This document shows, in pieces, positions 28,211 through 40,399 of a stretch of DNA of 64,000 nucleotides. The notes under the pieces were generated by a model. It made no database searches, was not told the DNA's origin, and saw only the letters and a program-made list of their open reading frames with translations. Numbering within the stretch: position 1 is the first letter of the stretch; each line of letters opens with the position of its first letter. Where the stretch lies: NCBI GenBank assembly GCA_964016885.1, contig OZ024740.1, forward strand, positions 331,018,001-331,082,000, written 5' to 3'. The position numbers and the translations under genes were made by a program. Origin of the DNA: Eledone cirrhosa (lineage: Eukaryota).

Positions 28211-28295
28211 TCGCACTGATTTTAGATATATAGTCTTTAATGTGTCGAAATACCAACGATAAATCAGAAGACTACTGAAGGGGACATTTTAACCG
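28211..28295 (+). ncRNA. Non-circularly permuted hammerhead-like motif, decayed copy
   Basis: Same layout as 28746-28830, with a CTGAAGG core and one stem III mismatch. Confidence 0.62.
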
Positions 28296-28745
28296 TTGTC
28301 TATTTTTATTCATATATTGATGTTCGCAAAGACACAGCACGCCATTTTTTCATTCACGTAATTTTTGCCTTCGCTGTGGTTCGTATATTTTCTGTTACCT
28401 TATTGCTATCACCTCTTCTCTCTCCTTCACCTCTTGCCCTCCTCAAATCCTGCTGCTGGTCACTCACTCTCGGCTGGTCCTTCCTCCCAATTTCACTCAC
28501 CCCCTCTCTGCTTCTCCCCGCCTCTCACTTCCTCCCGTCTGACCTGCTTGAATTTCTTTCCTCTCTCAATCCTCTCGCAGCTCGGCCGTGTCTATTTCTC
28601 CTCGTCAATTTGATATGTCGGGCTTATGCCCACGTGATTCATTGACTTGTCTCTATTTTTCCTCTCTTTCCGTTGCATACCAACATGTGTTTGTTTTCTT
28701 CCCTCCGTTTTTCCACTGTCCCGATAACTTCTATTGAGTTATCGA

Positions 28746-28830
28746 TCGCACTGATTTTAGGTATATAGTCTTTAATGCGTCGAAATACCAACGATAAATC
28801 AGAAGACTACTGAAGAGGGCATTTTAACCC
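28746..28830 (+). ncRNA. Non-circularly permuted hammerhead-like ribozyme with intact core
   Basis: ggta-TA-tagtctt (28760-28772), GAAA-tacc (28782-28789), aagacta-CTGAAGA (28803-28816); extra stem ctgattt/aaatcag. Confidence 0.78.
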
Positions 28831-28888
28831 TTGTCTATTTTTATTCATATATATATATATATATATATATATGAATAAAAATAGACAA

Positions 28889-28973
28889 GGGTTAAAATGC
28901 CCTCTTCAGTAGTCTTCTGATCTATCGTTGGTATTTTAACGCATTAAAGACTATATACCTAAAATCAGTGCGA
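28889..28973 (-). ncRNA. Non-circularly permuted hammerhead-like motif, inverted copy with GAAA mutated
   Basis: Reverse complement of 28746-28830 with tcgaaa changed to ttaaaa. Confidence 0.6.
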
Positions 28974-29016
28974 TCGATAACTCAATCGGGACAGTGGAAA
29001 AACGGAGGGAAGAAAA

Positions 29017-29256
29017 CAAAATATAAAATAAAATAAAATAAAATAAAATAAATGTATAAAATTTGGCTTCGTTTATTACTGCTATATATATTTCGGTGAC
29101 AGACATCTTGGCTGTCACACCAAAATATATAAAGCAGTAATAAACGAAGCCAATTTTAAACATTTGACTTATTTATTTTATTTTATTTTATTTTACATTA
29201 CTCCGGAGTAACCAAACCAACCTGCGCACTTCATCGAGTGCTCCAATCTGCATACT
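29017..29256. repeat. Palindrome of HHR 3' halves plus tail; same family as the PLE tail at 47.0-47.2 kb
   Basis: ggcttcgtttattactgc.atatatatttcggtg is mirrored; the tail ttactccggagtaa..cctgcgcacttc..gagtgctc matches the reverse complement of ~47037-47092. Confidence 0.82.
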
Positions 29257-29283
29257 TAGGTGTTGGTATACAATCATCATATA

Positions 29284-29377
<94 letters not shown>

Positions 29378-29450
29378 GAGATAATATTTAATTTGTTGGG
29401 ATTCAACAAGCTTAAATATGTTTATAACTGATATAAAGCACTCAACAGTA

Positions 29451-29579
29451 ACACAATATATTAATAAAAGGAAACTATATTTATAAAACCATATTTATTT
29501 TATTATACATATTTCAAATATGTATAATAAAATAAATATGGCTTTATAAATATAGTTTCCATTTATTAATATATTGTGT
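29451..29579. repeat. Palindrome of the 16.2-kb family folded at the HHR GAAA
   Basis: Centre attatacatatttc|aaatatgtataat; upstream ttataactgatataaagcactcaaca is shared with ~16162-16187. Confidence 0.85.
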
Positions 29580-29602
29580 GTATATATATATATATATATA
29601 CA

Positions 29603-30329
29603 TATATATAATTGTAAGTTTGAAGAATTATTAGATAAAATATATAAATTATTTCCTCTCCCTATTCCGTATAAATCCATCACATAAATAATCATTTACA
29701 CGAGGCTATATTTTAAAATGTAACTATGAAGAAATAACAGACACATGATACAGACTATCTTCTGCGAGGGACAGACAGATATAATTTACCTAGTTATTTA
29801 TTTTAGCCCGTAGAGGTTGACTAGACAAATAATCAACTACACGAGTTACGTATAAAATAGAATTTTGAACAAAAAATGCATATAAACTTTACCAAAATCC
29901 TCTAGTCTCGACTACCGGTAGTTTCGTTCCTTTTCTGTGAATATACCCGATCTTGGTTTTATCCACGAGGCTTGGAACTCATCAAGAGACTCCTCAGTCT
30001 GGACTAACGTTTCTACCGCGAGACTAGAGGAATTTGGGTAAAGTTTATATGCATGTTTTCTTCAAACTTCTATTTTATATCTAACTCGGTGTAGTTGATT
30101 ATTTGTCTACTCAATTTCTACGAGCTAAAAGAAATAACTAGATAACTTTAATCTGGCTGCCCTCTCGGAAGATAGTCTGTATCATTTGTCTAGTATTTCG
30201 TCATAGTTACATTTTAAACTTATCGCCTCGTTTAAATGATTATTCATGTGGTTGATTAATACGGACTAGGGAGTGGAAATACTGTATATATTTTATCTAA
30301 TAATTATTCAAACTTCCAATGTTATATAT
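29603..30329. repeat. ~730-bp diverged palindrome with an HHR in the spacer
   Basis: gaattattagataaaatatata..cctctagtctcg is mirrored by cgagactagagg..tatatattttatctaataattattc. Confidence 0.88.
29904..29991 (-). ncRNA. Type I hammerhead ribozyme with TTGATGA core
   Basis: agtctc, TTGATGA, gttcc/ggaac stem II, GAAA, palindromic ctaccggtag, TC, gagact. Confidence 0.8.
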
Positions 30330-30460
30330 ACAGCTCTGATTAATAATCATTTGCTTAATTAATTACTCATTGAGCCACACCGTGAAAGGTGGCCAAACTC
30401 ATATATGTATCTGTGACTATGTCTAATTATATACATATATCCCTTTGAATTTAATATATC

Positions 30461-30572
<112 letters not shown>

Positions 30573-31582
30573 TGTGATATATGTATATACAAATATATGT
30601 ATATGTATAATATAACTCACCGTTGGATGAAGTGGAAAAAACCCTGTAATAGTATTCTAATTTAATATTTGCCTTCTGTATTATATTCATTATTTGAAAT
30701 ATTCTGATATAAATTATTTCAGTTTTTAATTAGTCCTCTATACTCGTACTCCTATTTACAAAATTCCTTTAGAAAGCGTTAGGGGGATTTGTTTAAAGGA
30801 ATTTCTTTTAGTATAAATGATCAGAAACATATCTTTATTCCGTATAAGTTTACGAATATGGATTTTAAAGCCTCAATTCGCTCCTGTATTTTTCACCCCT
30901 GATGGCTTTTCCTATACCTGTTTAGCATTTGATTGGTTGTGTATAACGCAAGCTTCAAATTTTTTCTTTTGTAGGTTTTAGAAAATCTTTGCAATCAACT
31001 ACGTATTACTATGGGGTTTATTTATTTTATTATTTACGAATATCATTCGATATGGGATTTGTCAAAGTAGTTGAGAAGACAGAGTTTAGACGAACGCCAA
31101 TACATATGCACAACACATCCTTCACCGCTATTTAAAGAATACAATACATTCTGAATAATTAAGTTAATAGATCCATGTAAAACACATTGTTCTTTATGTT
31201 GAACAATAGCTAAAGATATGCGTGCAGACAAGTGTATACAAAACAACATGAGAGGATATTTTTTTCTTTGCAATTCCATGGATAAGACTAAAGTTTATAC
31301 ATCGCAAATATTAATCGGGCTATAATCATAAGTACATGGATACATTTTTCTGCAGTATAATCAGCGTATTGTATAGATACCTCTTCAGAATGTCTGATCT
31401 TATTTATCCTATACTAGTCCGATAGACAGTGATATTTATTTCCCTTAAAATAATTATTATATATACACCCACAGAACTTTTATTTTCTTGCATTAAAACA
31501 TATTTTTATACATTTTACTATAATACTATTATTCATATGAGACATAAATACACTCACTTAATATCATTAATTACGGTATCAC

Positions 31583-31770
31583 AGCGGTGGATTGGCAGTA
31601 TCGGTAGAGGGTCGGACACTATGTTTTCCAGCATAGTTACGTCCCTTTATGGTCTGAGTTCAAATCCCGCCGAGGTTAACTTTGCCTTTCATACTTACGG
31701 GGCCGATAAAATAAAGTACCAGTAATGCACTGGTATAATTGCTGGTATTGTGCCAAAAGTAGAAACAAAT
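31583..31770 (+). mobile_element. tRNA-derived SINE, copy 3
   Basis: Family match; imperfect TSD aattacggta/aattacagta. Confidence 0.9.
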
Positions 31771-32313
31771 AATTACAGTAACACATTTTCTGCTGTGAGC
31801 GGAAGTATCTATCTATTGTGCATCTAAATTAACACTGTGTCTTTTTCCGATTCATAATGTTGATTTTGACGGAAATTTGAATACGTTATGTGTTATAATC
31901 GTGTTCATACATATGTGACGTCTTGTTTCAAGATACATGAAAATACTTAGTTGGTAACACATTGTTTACGATATATTTAAATTTGCTGGATCAATCTCTG
32001 AAATTTACACTTCTCAATATATGTTATGTTTGGAAAAGATTCTATTTTTAATTCCGAGCTTGTTGCACTACGATAAATATTGTGACATTATTTCCCCAGT
32101 TCAAAATTAAATATACAACGTTTATCAGAAGCATGGATTCATACTCGCAGGCAGCTCTGTCTACTGTTCCATTCGACACATGATTTACCTGACTTATTCA
32201 TCTATTAACAGTGTCAGTGACATAATATGATGTCACTGATACTGTCAATATTTACGTATCTTTATAAATGTTCTGCGGACTAGGATTATAATTACCTGTT
32301 TAAACATTGTGTA

Positions 32314-32360
32314 TGCTCTGATGATCCCAGACATTTGTCCGGAAGAAACAATTGTCAGCA
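32314..32360 (+). ncRNA. Type I hammerhead ribozyme with canonical core
   Basis: tgct, CTGATGA (32318-32324), tcc.agaca/tgtc.cgga stem II, GAAA, caattg, TC, agca. Confidence 0.85.
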
Positions 32361-33491
32361 ATTAAGTGTATTAAATTAGAATGTGATTATTTAATATTAT
32401 ATATATATATATATATATACTAAGAGAGATTTTCTAGTTTTCTTCGATGAAAACTTATTTGTATATATCAAATTAAATATACACGAACGTAAATGTGTAT
32501 TTGAGTATGAGTGGAATTACGAACCACCATGTGTTATATAGAACATATCAAAGATACACAACATACTTTTATCAGGGATAAAATTAACATCGTCCTTTCT
32601 AAATTCAGAAAGCTTGAAATGACTATGGACATAACGTCTAACCGTGAACCAAAAGACATCAATGATATATATTTCCAAATCTAGAACCGTTTAATGAGCA
32701 ACATTTAAAAGAAACCTTCCCAGTGTGAACGTTTGTTGAAGAAGTGTCAACATTAATTGTTTCACATTCCTTAAGTGGAGGAAGAAACAAAAAATATCCT
32801 TAGTATATAATAAATCACTACACAATTATAGCAGGAGCCTAATCAAGCTGCAATATACTTGATATATACATACAGCTAACAGGGAATATATTATATTTAT
32901 GCATTGGACTACTGCAAATACTGCTACATTTTAAGCATCAATAGTCAAACTTATCCTCGTTCTTATATAACAATTAAGGTTATGCAAGGTCGCTTTGAAA
33001 GAAACGTTACTACTAAACTTGAGATCGAAAGGAAAAATCACAGAGAGAAGGGAAATCATGGCGTAAAGGGTATAGAGGAAATACACGCAAATTCAATGAA
33101 AATCATATTCGATAAAAGGTAATATGTATACTACTCAACAATCGTGACGTAGAAAATTATGGCATACGTCATTGTTCTATGATTCTTTGTAGCTTTAATG
33201 CCGTGGCATTATGCTTCCGCCTAGAAATGAAGTGGTAAAGAACTATATTATAATTATTGAAGTAACAACTGCTTGTATGTTGGATATCAAAATACTTGAA
33301 AGCGTTTTCGGGTTAAGAACAGTGAATGCGCATTTGTTTTTTGTTAACTTTTAATCCTTTTATATCTATATCCGTCTATATATGTGGGGAAGTGGTTATC
33401 TAGGAGTGATACGAATTTCCCACATACATTGGTTCTAACACAGTGCGAGGACGGGTTGGATAGAGCAAATATATTTCATTATATATATATA

Positions 33492-33536
33492 ACTTACAAT
33501 TGTTTCATCCAGACCTAGGTTTGGAGTCTCCGGAGT
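33492..33536 (-). ncRNA. Hammerhead ribozyme remnant (CCGGAGA core), CAATTG family
   Basis: act, CCGGAGA, tccaaacc/ggtctgga, GAAA, caattg, TA, agt; joined to a plus-oriented tail (33544-33710) homologous to the reverse complement of 17805-17973. Confidence 0.68.
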
Positions 33537-33714
33537 ATGAATTCTATATAACTGCTCTGTATAACAACTGATGTTCTTACATTGAGCTATTTATCTTACT
33601 GGTAATAAGGTAGTAATACACTACTGACCTTCCCTGTTTATAGTTTAAAATATACATAACTATAAAAAGATTAAAATATACATAACTATAAATAGTATCC
33701 TTAATATTATATAA

Positions 33715-33746
<32 letters not shown>

Positions 33747-34598
33747 GTGTGTGTGTATGTGTGTGTATGTGTATGTGTGTGTGTGTGTGTATGTATGTGT
33801 GTGTGTATGGGTGTATATATGTGTGTGTGTGTGTGGGTGTGTGTGGGTGTGAGTGTGAGTGTTTACATGTGCATGTATGTAGGCACGTTTATATATATGT
33901 ATGTATAATAGGCGCGTATCATACTATACATTTATAGACAATAAAAATATGCGAGACTATCTATCTCTGTGTTGGAGTGTGTGTAAGCGAGAGATACTAT
34001 TTTTGTGCATGTATGTGTATGTGTTAATGTGTAATCTCATATACCATAGAGGGAATAAAAAGAAGGGATATAATCAAAACTCAATATGTTCCGTGAAGTA
34101 TATAAATTCCTACTTTCTAGCTGTTGAGGTGGAAAACGCCTTCAAAATTAATTAGATATTTGTGTTTTCTATGCACCATCTACTTTAAAGTTAGTAAATC
34201 GTTGAGAGCCTATATATGATGTATTATAGAGTAAGATTTAAAGAAATTAACTTTGTCACATCATGACAATATATAAGTTTGAACTTTCGTGAATATAGTC
34301 ATATGATGGAAACAATGTTTTTCAACCCTCTTTGTTTTTTATGTATACCACTCGAGCATGGTGTTTGCATGCACACCTAATTTGTCTATAAATGTATGTC
34401 ATGCGTATATGCATATGCACATGTTGGGAAGTATAAAGCTATATAAACTATATCAGTAAATACACATGTATATATATATTTGTGTGTGTGTGTGTGTGTG
34501 TGTATTCTTCTCAGACTTATCTTCACGAAAAAATATTTCCCTCCAGAAGCGTGGCTGCCTATATGTTTATCGTATATCAACATATATTTATGTCTTCA

Positions 34599-34668
<70 letters not shown>

Positions 34669-34726
34669 TATAATTGCTTCTACAGGTCTAGAACAGTTTC
34701 ATGCAGGAGAAAACATCCGGAAGGCC

Positions 34727-34767
<41 letters not shown>

Positions 34768-34769
<2 letters not shown>

Positions 34770-35172
34770 TGGCTGCCAACTCGTTTTCGAGTACGGCCAC
34801 TACTTTATATCCATGTAGGAGAACCACTACCGATGCGCTGAACGAGTGTGACTTTTTAATTCAGCCAGCGACTTGAAAACTCTGGTAAAAAGACTACACT
34901 TGTGACAACTACTGACACATAGTGCTGGGCCCATGGTACCATGTGACGACAAGTGCGGAGAGATCTCCAGATATAAAGCAATGCCTGTGCCGTGAAGCTT
35001 CTATAGTGAGCAAAGGCACTGCACAAAGCCAGTCCCACTCTCTTAACCAATATGATATTTACCAAAAAGAAGAACAAGTCAACATCATTGGATACGATCA
35101 GGGTTACATGTGTTATAACAGAGTTTTCGTTCTCCTAGAATTCTGCCTTGACAAAGGCTAAGGGGTCACCAA
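34768..35172. repeat. Unclassified dispersed repeat (homolog of 15565-16052)
   Basis: Shared start and end blocks; flanked by (TA)n. Confidence 0.65.
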
Positions 35173-35306
35173 ATGATATATATATATATCAAAGGTATAT
35201 ATTGAGTTAGGAAGTCAAAATAGTCTCTTACAACCTTAGCGAATCTGGTCCCTTACGATTTGAACACATATATGTATATATATGTGTTCGTTTTACTTTT
35301 ATATTC

Positions 35307-35418
<112 letters not shown>

Positions 35419-36231
35419 GTATATATATAAAAGTTAACGGGACTAGCCTGGATTTCACTGCTAGTACCGGTTGCATCTCACCATACGCAATAGGTAATTT
35501 TATGTAAAATCTCTAAGTAGATACATAGTTGTTCGCTTCTATACAACATACGTAAATGTGTCCCTTCAAGACATACCCGTACTCAAGTTTCTGACACACT
35601 TAATGCAACAAAGAAATGTGTAGCATCTACTGTCTGAATTTATTATGTAACAATGTACAGTCGGCACATATGGATTCTCAGCGTGTTTCGCCTAATCAAT
35701 AACCACTCGATCGACAGAATGCGATTCCAGTCTGTGTGGGCTATGACAGCGGATGTGCCGGTCAACACAGTAAAACATTAGCAACTGGAATCAATACCTG
35801 TCATCACAATGCCATCAACCGATTGGCTATTGGTTTAGAAATGTACATGACGTTAGGAGGCGAAATTCAAATAGTCCCACTCCCGCCATGTGGCCTCAAG
35901 CTAAGTTATCTCAAACACAAATTAAGAAACGAGAGAAAAATCTGCTATTAGGGAAACTGAGACACTAATCGTACAATAGAATGGTAACATTTCACTCCAG
36001 TCACCAGGTATCATGGCGAGAACTAGTGCAATAGTAACAATGGTAGTGCCTAAAATATATTCGGACATTAAATGCCAACAGGCGATTAGACAGCAATATA
36101 TAGTTAGAGCGGTGATTAGAATTCAAATAGACAGATAGAAAGAGAGGCGGGTGTCGCAATACATGTATACACACTTTGATTAGAATGCTGTTGAAGTGTG
36201 TATGCATGTTTTGACGCCCTTTATATATATA

Positions 36232-36868
<637 letters not shown>

Positions 36869-37155
36869 ATATATGTGTGTATATGTATATATATGTATAT
36901 ATATATATATATATATGTATATGTATATATGTATGATTATGTCATTTATTTTGTCTGACCTGTTTAGCTTGACTTGTTTTTTAGCTTAGTTGGTTAATGC
37001 CATCTTGGCCGCCTTCTCAGTTTGTATGGCGTTTTTAACCTATGTTTATAGCTCTGGTATTTTAGCCATTGGAGCGCTTGCCAGCATGACTCTAAATTTG
37101 CGTTACGTTTCGCTTTTTCTACCCGCCGAAACGCGTTTCTCTCTGAATTCATATT

Positions 37156-37190
<35 letters not shown>

Positions 37191-37191
<1 letters not shown>

Positions 37192-37761
37192 AGACGTAAA
37201 ATAAGAACATTATAAAATTAACTTACTTACTAAAATTTCACTCCCAACTAATTAGTTTCTGAAATGGAATAAATATACTTTCCGAAGAAAATATTGAGAA
37301 GCATTTCGTCGTCAGGGAAGTCTATTCTCAGCTAAATATCCAGGCAAAGCGTGGACTCTGGAAACTTATACAAAAATAATTCAGTGGATAGAAAATAGCA
37401 AAGCGTGGACTGAATTCCTAGCCATTGAGAAAATCACTGCCTACTGCATCGGTGGCAAATTCAAAAAGAATCAATCACGTGACATCGAGGTCAATCAGTG
37501 GAAAGTGGTTTATTAAGAAGACAGCGGCCTGCCTACTACCATAGCAGAAGTCTTGGCCAATATTGCTCGACTAATAATTCGGAGATAATTATAAAGAATT
37601 AATATCTAGTAACATATATATATACATACAGATGCATATCAATGCTAGCAAATATATAGGTTTTGTCTTAGTAACTTTGTGGTTCAATGCATGGGGTTGC
37701 AGAACAATAATGAGAGACGTAAAATAAGAAAATTATAAAATTAACTTACTTACTAAAATTT
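37191..37761 (-). mobile_element. ~522-bp HHR-bearing monomer plus ~49-bp terminal redundancy
   Basis: gagacgtaaaataagaa.attataaaattaacttacttactaaaatttc at ~37191 and ~37713; bounded by (TA)n and (TG)n. Confidence 0.8.
37241..37320 (-). ncRNA. Type I hammerhead ribozyme
   Basis: ttcc, CTGACGA, gaaatg/catttc stem II, GAAA, palindromic ctaattag, TT, ggga. Confidence 0.78.
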
Positions 37762-37835
37762 CTGTGTGTGTAAGTGTGTGTGTGTGGGGGTACGTGGGGG
37801 TGTGTGTGGGTGTCTGTCTCTGTGTGTGTGTGTGT

Positions 37836-37879
<44 letters not shown>

Positions 37880-37894
37880 TGTGTGTGTGTGTGT

Positions 37895-37973
<79 letters not shown>

Positions 37974-38567
37974 AGGTCATATGTTGGTTTATAGGGTGGC
38001 AATATATGTTCTTTTTGCTTAGGATTCTGTAGGGGTGCGTAGATATATATATATAAGAAAGCTTAATACATTTAATACAATAACAGAGATAGTTTAAAGC
38101 TAAACTCTTACTGGTAACCATCTCACTCAACAAACATTAGGTTATATTAAAATATAAACCCAATTTAAGTGTTTGGGGTGCTAACAATATGTATAATGTG
38201 GAAAAACCAGTTGTATTATTTTATGAGATATAATTAAAGTTAAAGTATATCTCTCTTGCCAAACAATTGTTTCATTATAAATTTTCTACAGGTTTGGGAG
38301 AATGTTTCCAGTTTATGTAGAAGCCTAATATATATTCTCATGTAAGAATATATTTAGGTGGGTACTTATAAATCATCAGTGGAAGCCCATTAAACGTTGA
38401 TATAAGAAAACAAATTTCTTACCGCTGTCAAAAATCATGTCCGTAATGTATCTCTCTCTCGCCTCGAATGACCGCCAAATTTGAAATTCCAGCAGTTTTT
38501 GACTGAGGAAGTATCATAGCGACACGAAGCGGGAAGGGGAGACAACTCACGAAATGAGGAAAAAAAT

Positions 38568-38905
38568 AATATACTCGCGGGTTAATTAGTTTTTTTGAAA
38601 ACATTATCAATCCAACGTGTTTAAGAACTCAATTGAAAATAAAAAAATAATGATATGCTTGTATAAATTACACACGCATATAGATATTTTCTTAGGCTAA
38701 ATCAGAAGTTGTACCCGAATAAGAACCGCTTCTCATAACCGCAGTAAATGCAGAAAGTTATGCTATAAAGGGCAAATAGGAATATAATTCTCCGGCCGAA
38801 TTATTAAGAGTAAAATATAAAACACACGCGGGTTAATTGGTTATTTCAAAACCAATATTAATTCCTCGTGTAAAGAACTCAATTAATAAGAGAAAATAAA
38901 TATAT
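38568..38905. repeat. Diverged direct repeat pair (~251-bp period)
   Basis: cgcgggttaatt.gtt.ttt..aaaac...cgtgt..aagaactcaatt at ~38576 and ~38827. Confidence 0.65.
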
Positions 38906-40399
38906 ATATGCATGTAATTATATACGTAGGCATGTATATATATTTTAGCTATATGAATCCTGTTCCACTCTGAGGTGATATAAACATACCATTCCAGGAA
39001 AGCATTTATGGCTTATGCAATGTGGCAGTTTCACAGTGATTCAAAGATAGCAATTGCATAAGATTTAAGACACTGTTTATTGGAATATGTTCAATCCCTG
39101 CTGAATTTTAATGACATGGAGGCCCGAAATAAAATGGAATAAGGAGTATAAAATGTTGTATCCCTGGTGTTAAAAGAGTAAATATATCATGGATATATTA
39201 TCATGTATTTTCCCAGTTTAGAATCCTGTAGAATAATTGATGTAATCCAAAGCCATGGAAACGCCAGATGCTCTAAATGGCCTGGTGGATCGATGTCCTC
39301 AATTGCATTTGGGTGCCTTTCGTAGGGGCTATACAAATATATAATCTTCCCACTTTAGCATTTGGCAACGAGAGCAAAATTAGTTGCACATAATTTGTCT
39401 TCAATATCTTGTCCACTAAGTGTAAATGTACGTAGATGGAAATAAGTTACTTCCGTTTTATTAAATACTAGCAGTAAAGCCCGGTTTTTACCGGGGCTGC
39501 TCAGTAGCTGTGTTAAAGTTACAATGTTAAGTTCCTTTCTTGGACTAAAAAACTATAGAGTCTACAGTGTAGACTTTCATGTGGTACTGTTAATTAATAC
39601 TCCCTCAACCAACAGTATGCCTTATGAAGTTTACAAAGCATAACCATGACCCGAAAAAACTGCACTGGTAATCTATTAACATAAATCGAAAATGTAAACA
39701 CTGCAACACTTTCTCAGAGAAAAACATCAGCGTAACAAAACTATCAGTTATTTTGAAACAAAGAAATTGGATGGACATGAAAAAAAAAAAAAAATGCGTT
39801 ATCCGACGTCGAGTGGGCAGGCAGCATAAAAAAGGTTCGCACCTGTGATAAAAAATATTGACAATGTAATAGCGTAGATGTTTAAGTATAAAGTATGAAG
39901 AGCTCAAAACATACCCATGGTGAGTTTGACGGGCAGATTATAGACAGCCACAGCTTGCGAAATGGACAGCTGCAGTAAAAGCCATATTCCCCCAAAAGAA
40001 TCGCTGAAATCAAGAAAACAGAAATGCTGCTTCCATTGCATCTTCATATCCAATTGAGAATGATGAAGAAAGTTTACTTCGACGCACCAGAAATGCTGTT
40101 GTTGCGGGTTGTTTAGGTCGGAATGCATATTGAAACAATAAAAGAAATGACGGGAAAAATCTTTGTATGTATGCGCCAAGTTGTGTGTGTCTATGTATTA
40201 AACGCCGGACTTGTCAGCGACTGGAGGGGCGTCCTTAACAATCGAAAGCATCGATTTCAAAGTCCACTTTCATTTGCGGGCAATGCTGGTCCCTAGAGGC
40301 CTAGGTGTCAATAGAATGCACTGCATCGATGTTGAATACAGATTTCGTAGACGCTATATATTTATGGCAGTCGGTGTAACATTGCCGTTTTGAACCAAA

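Noticed and set aside
32207-32247. Hairpin acagtgtcagtgacat/atgtcactgatactgt as a pre-miRNA or terminator
   Set aside because: Short, single and upstream of an HHR, so probably part of a pLTR; no other support
35445-35520. Very degenerate HHR-like strings here and near 545, 7920, 25680, 37125 and 38260
   Set aside because: Only partial GAAA/palindrome matches, with cores or stems missing
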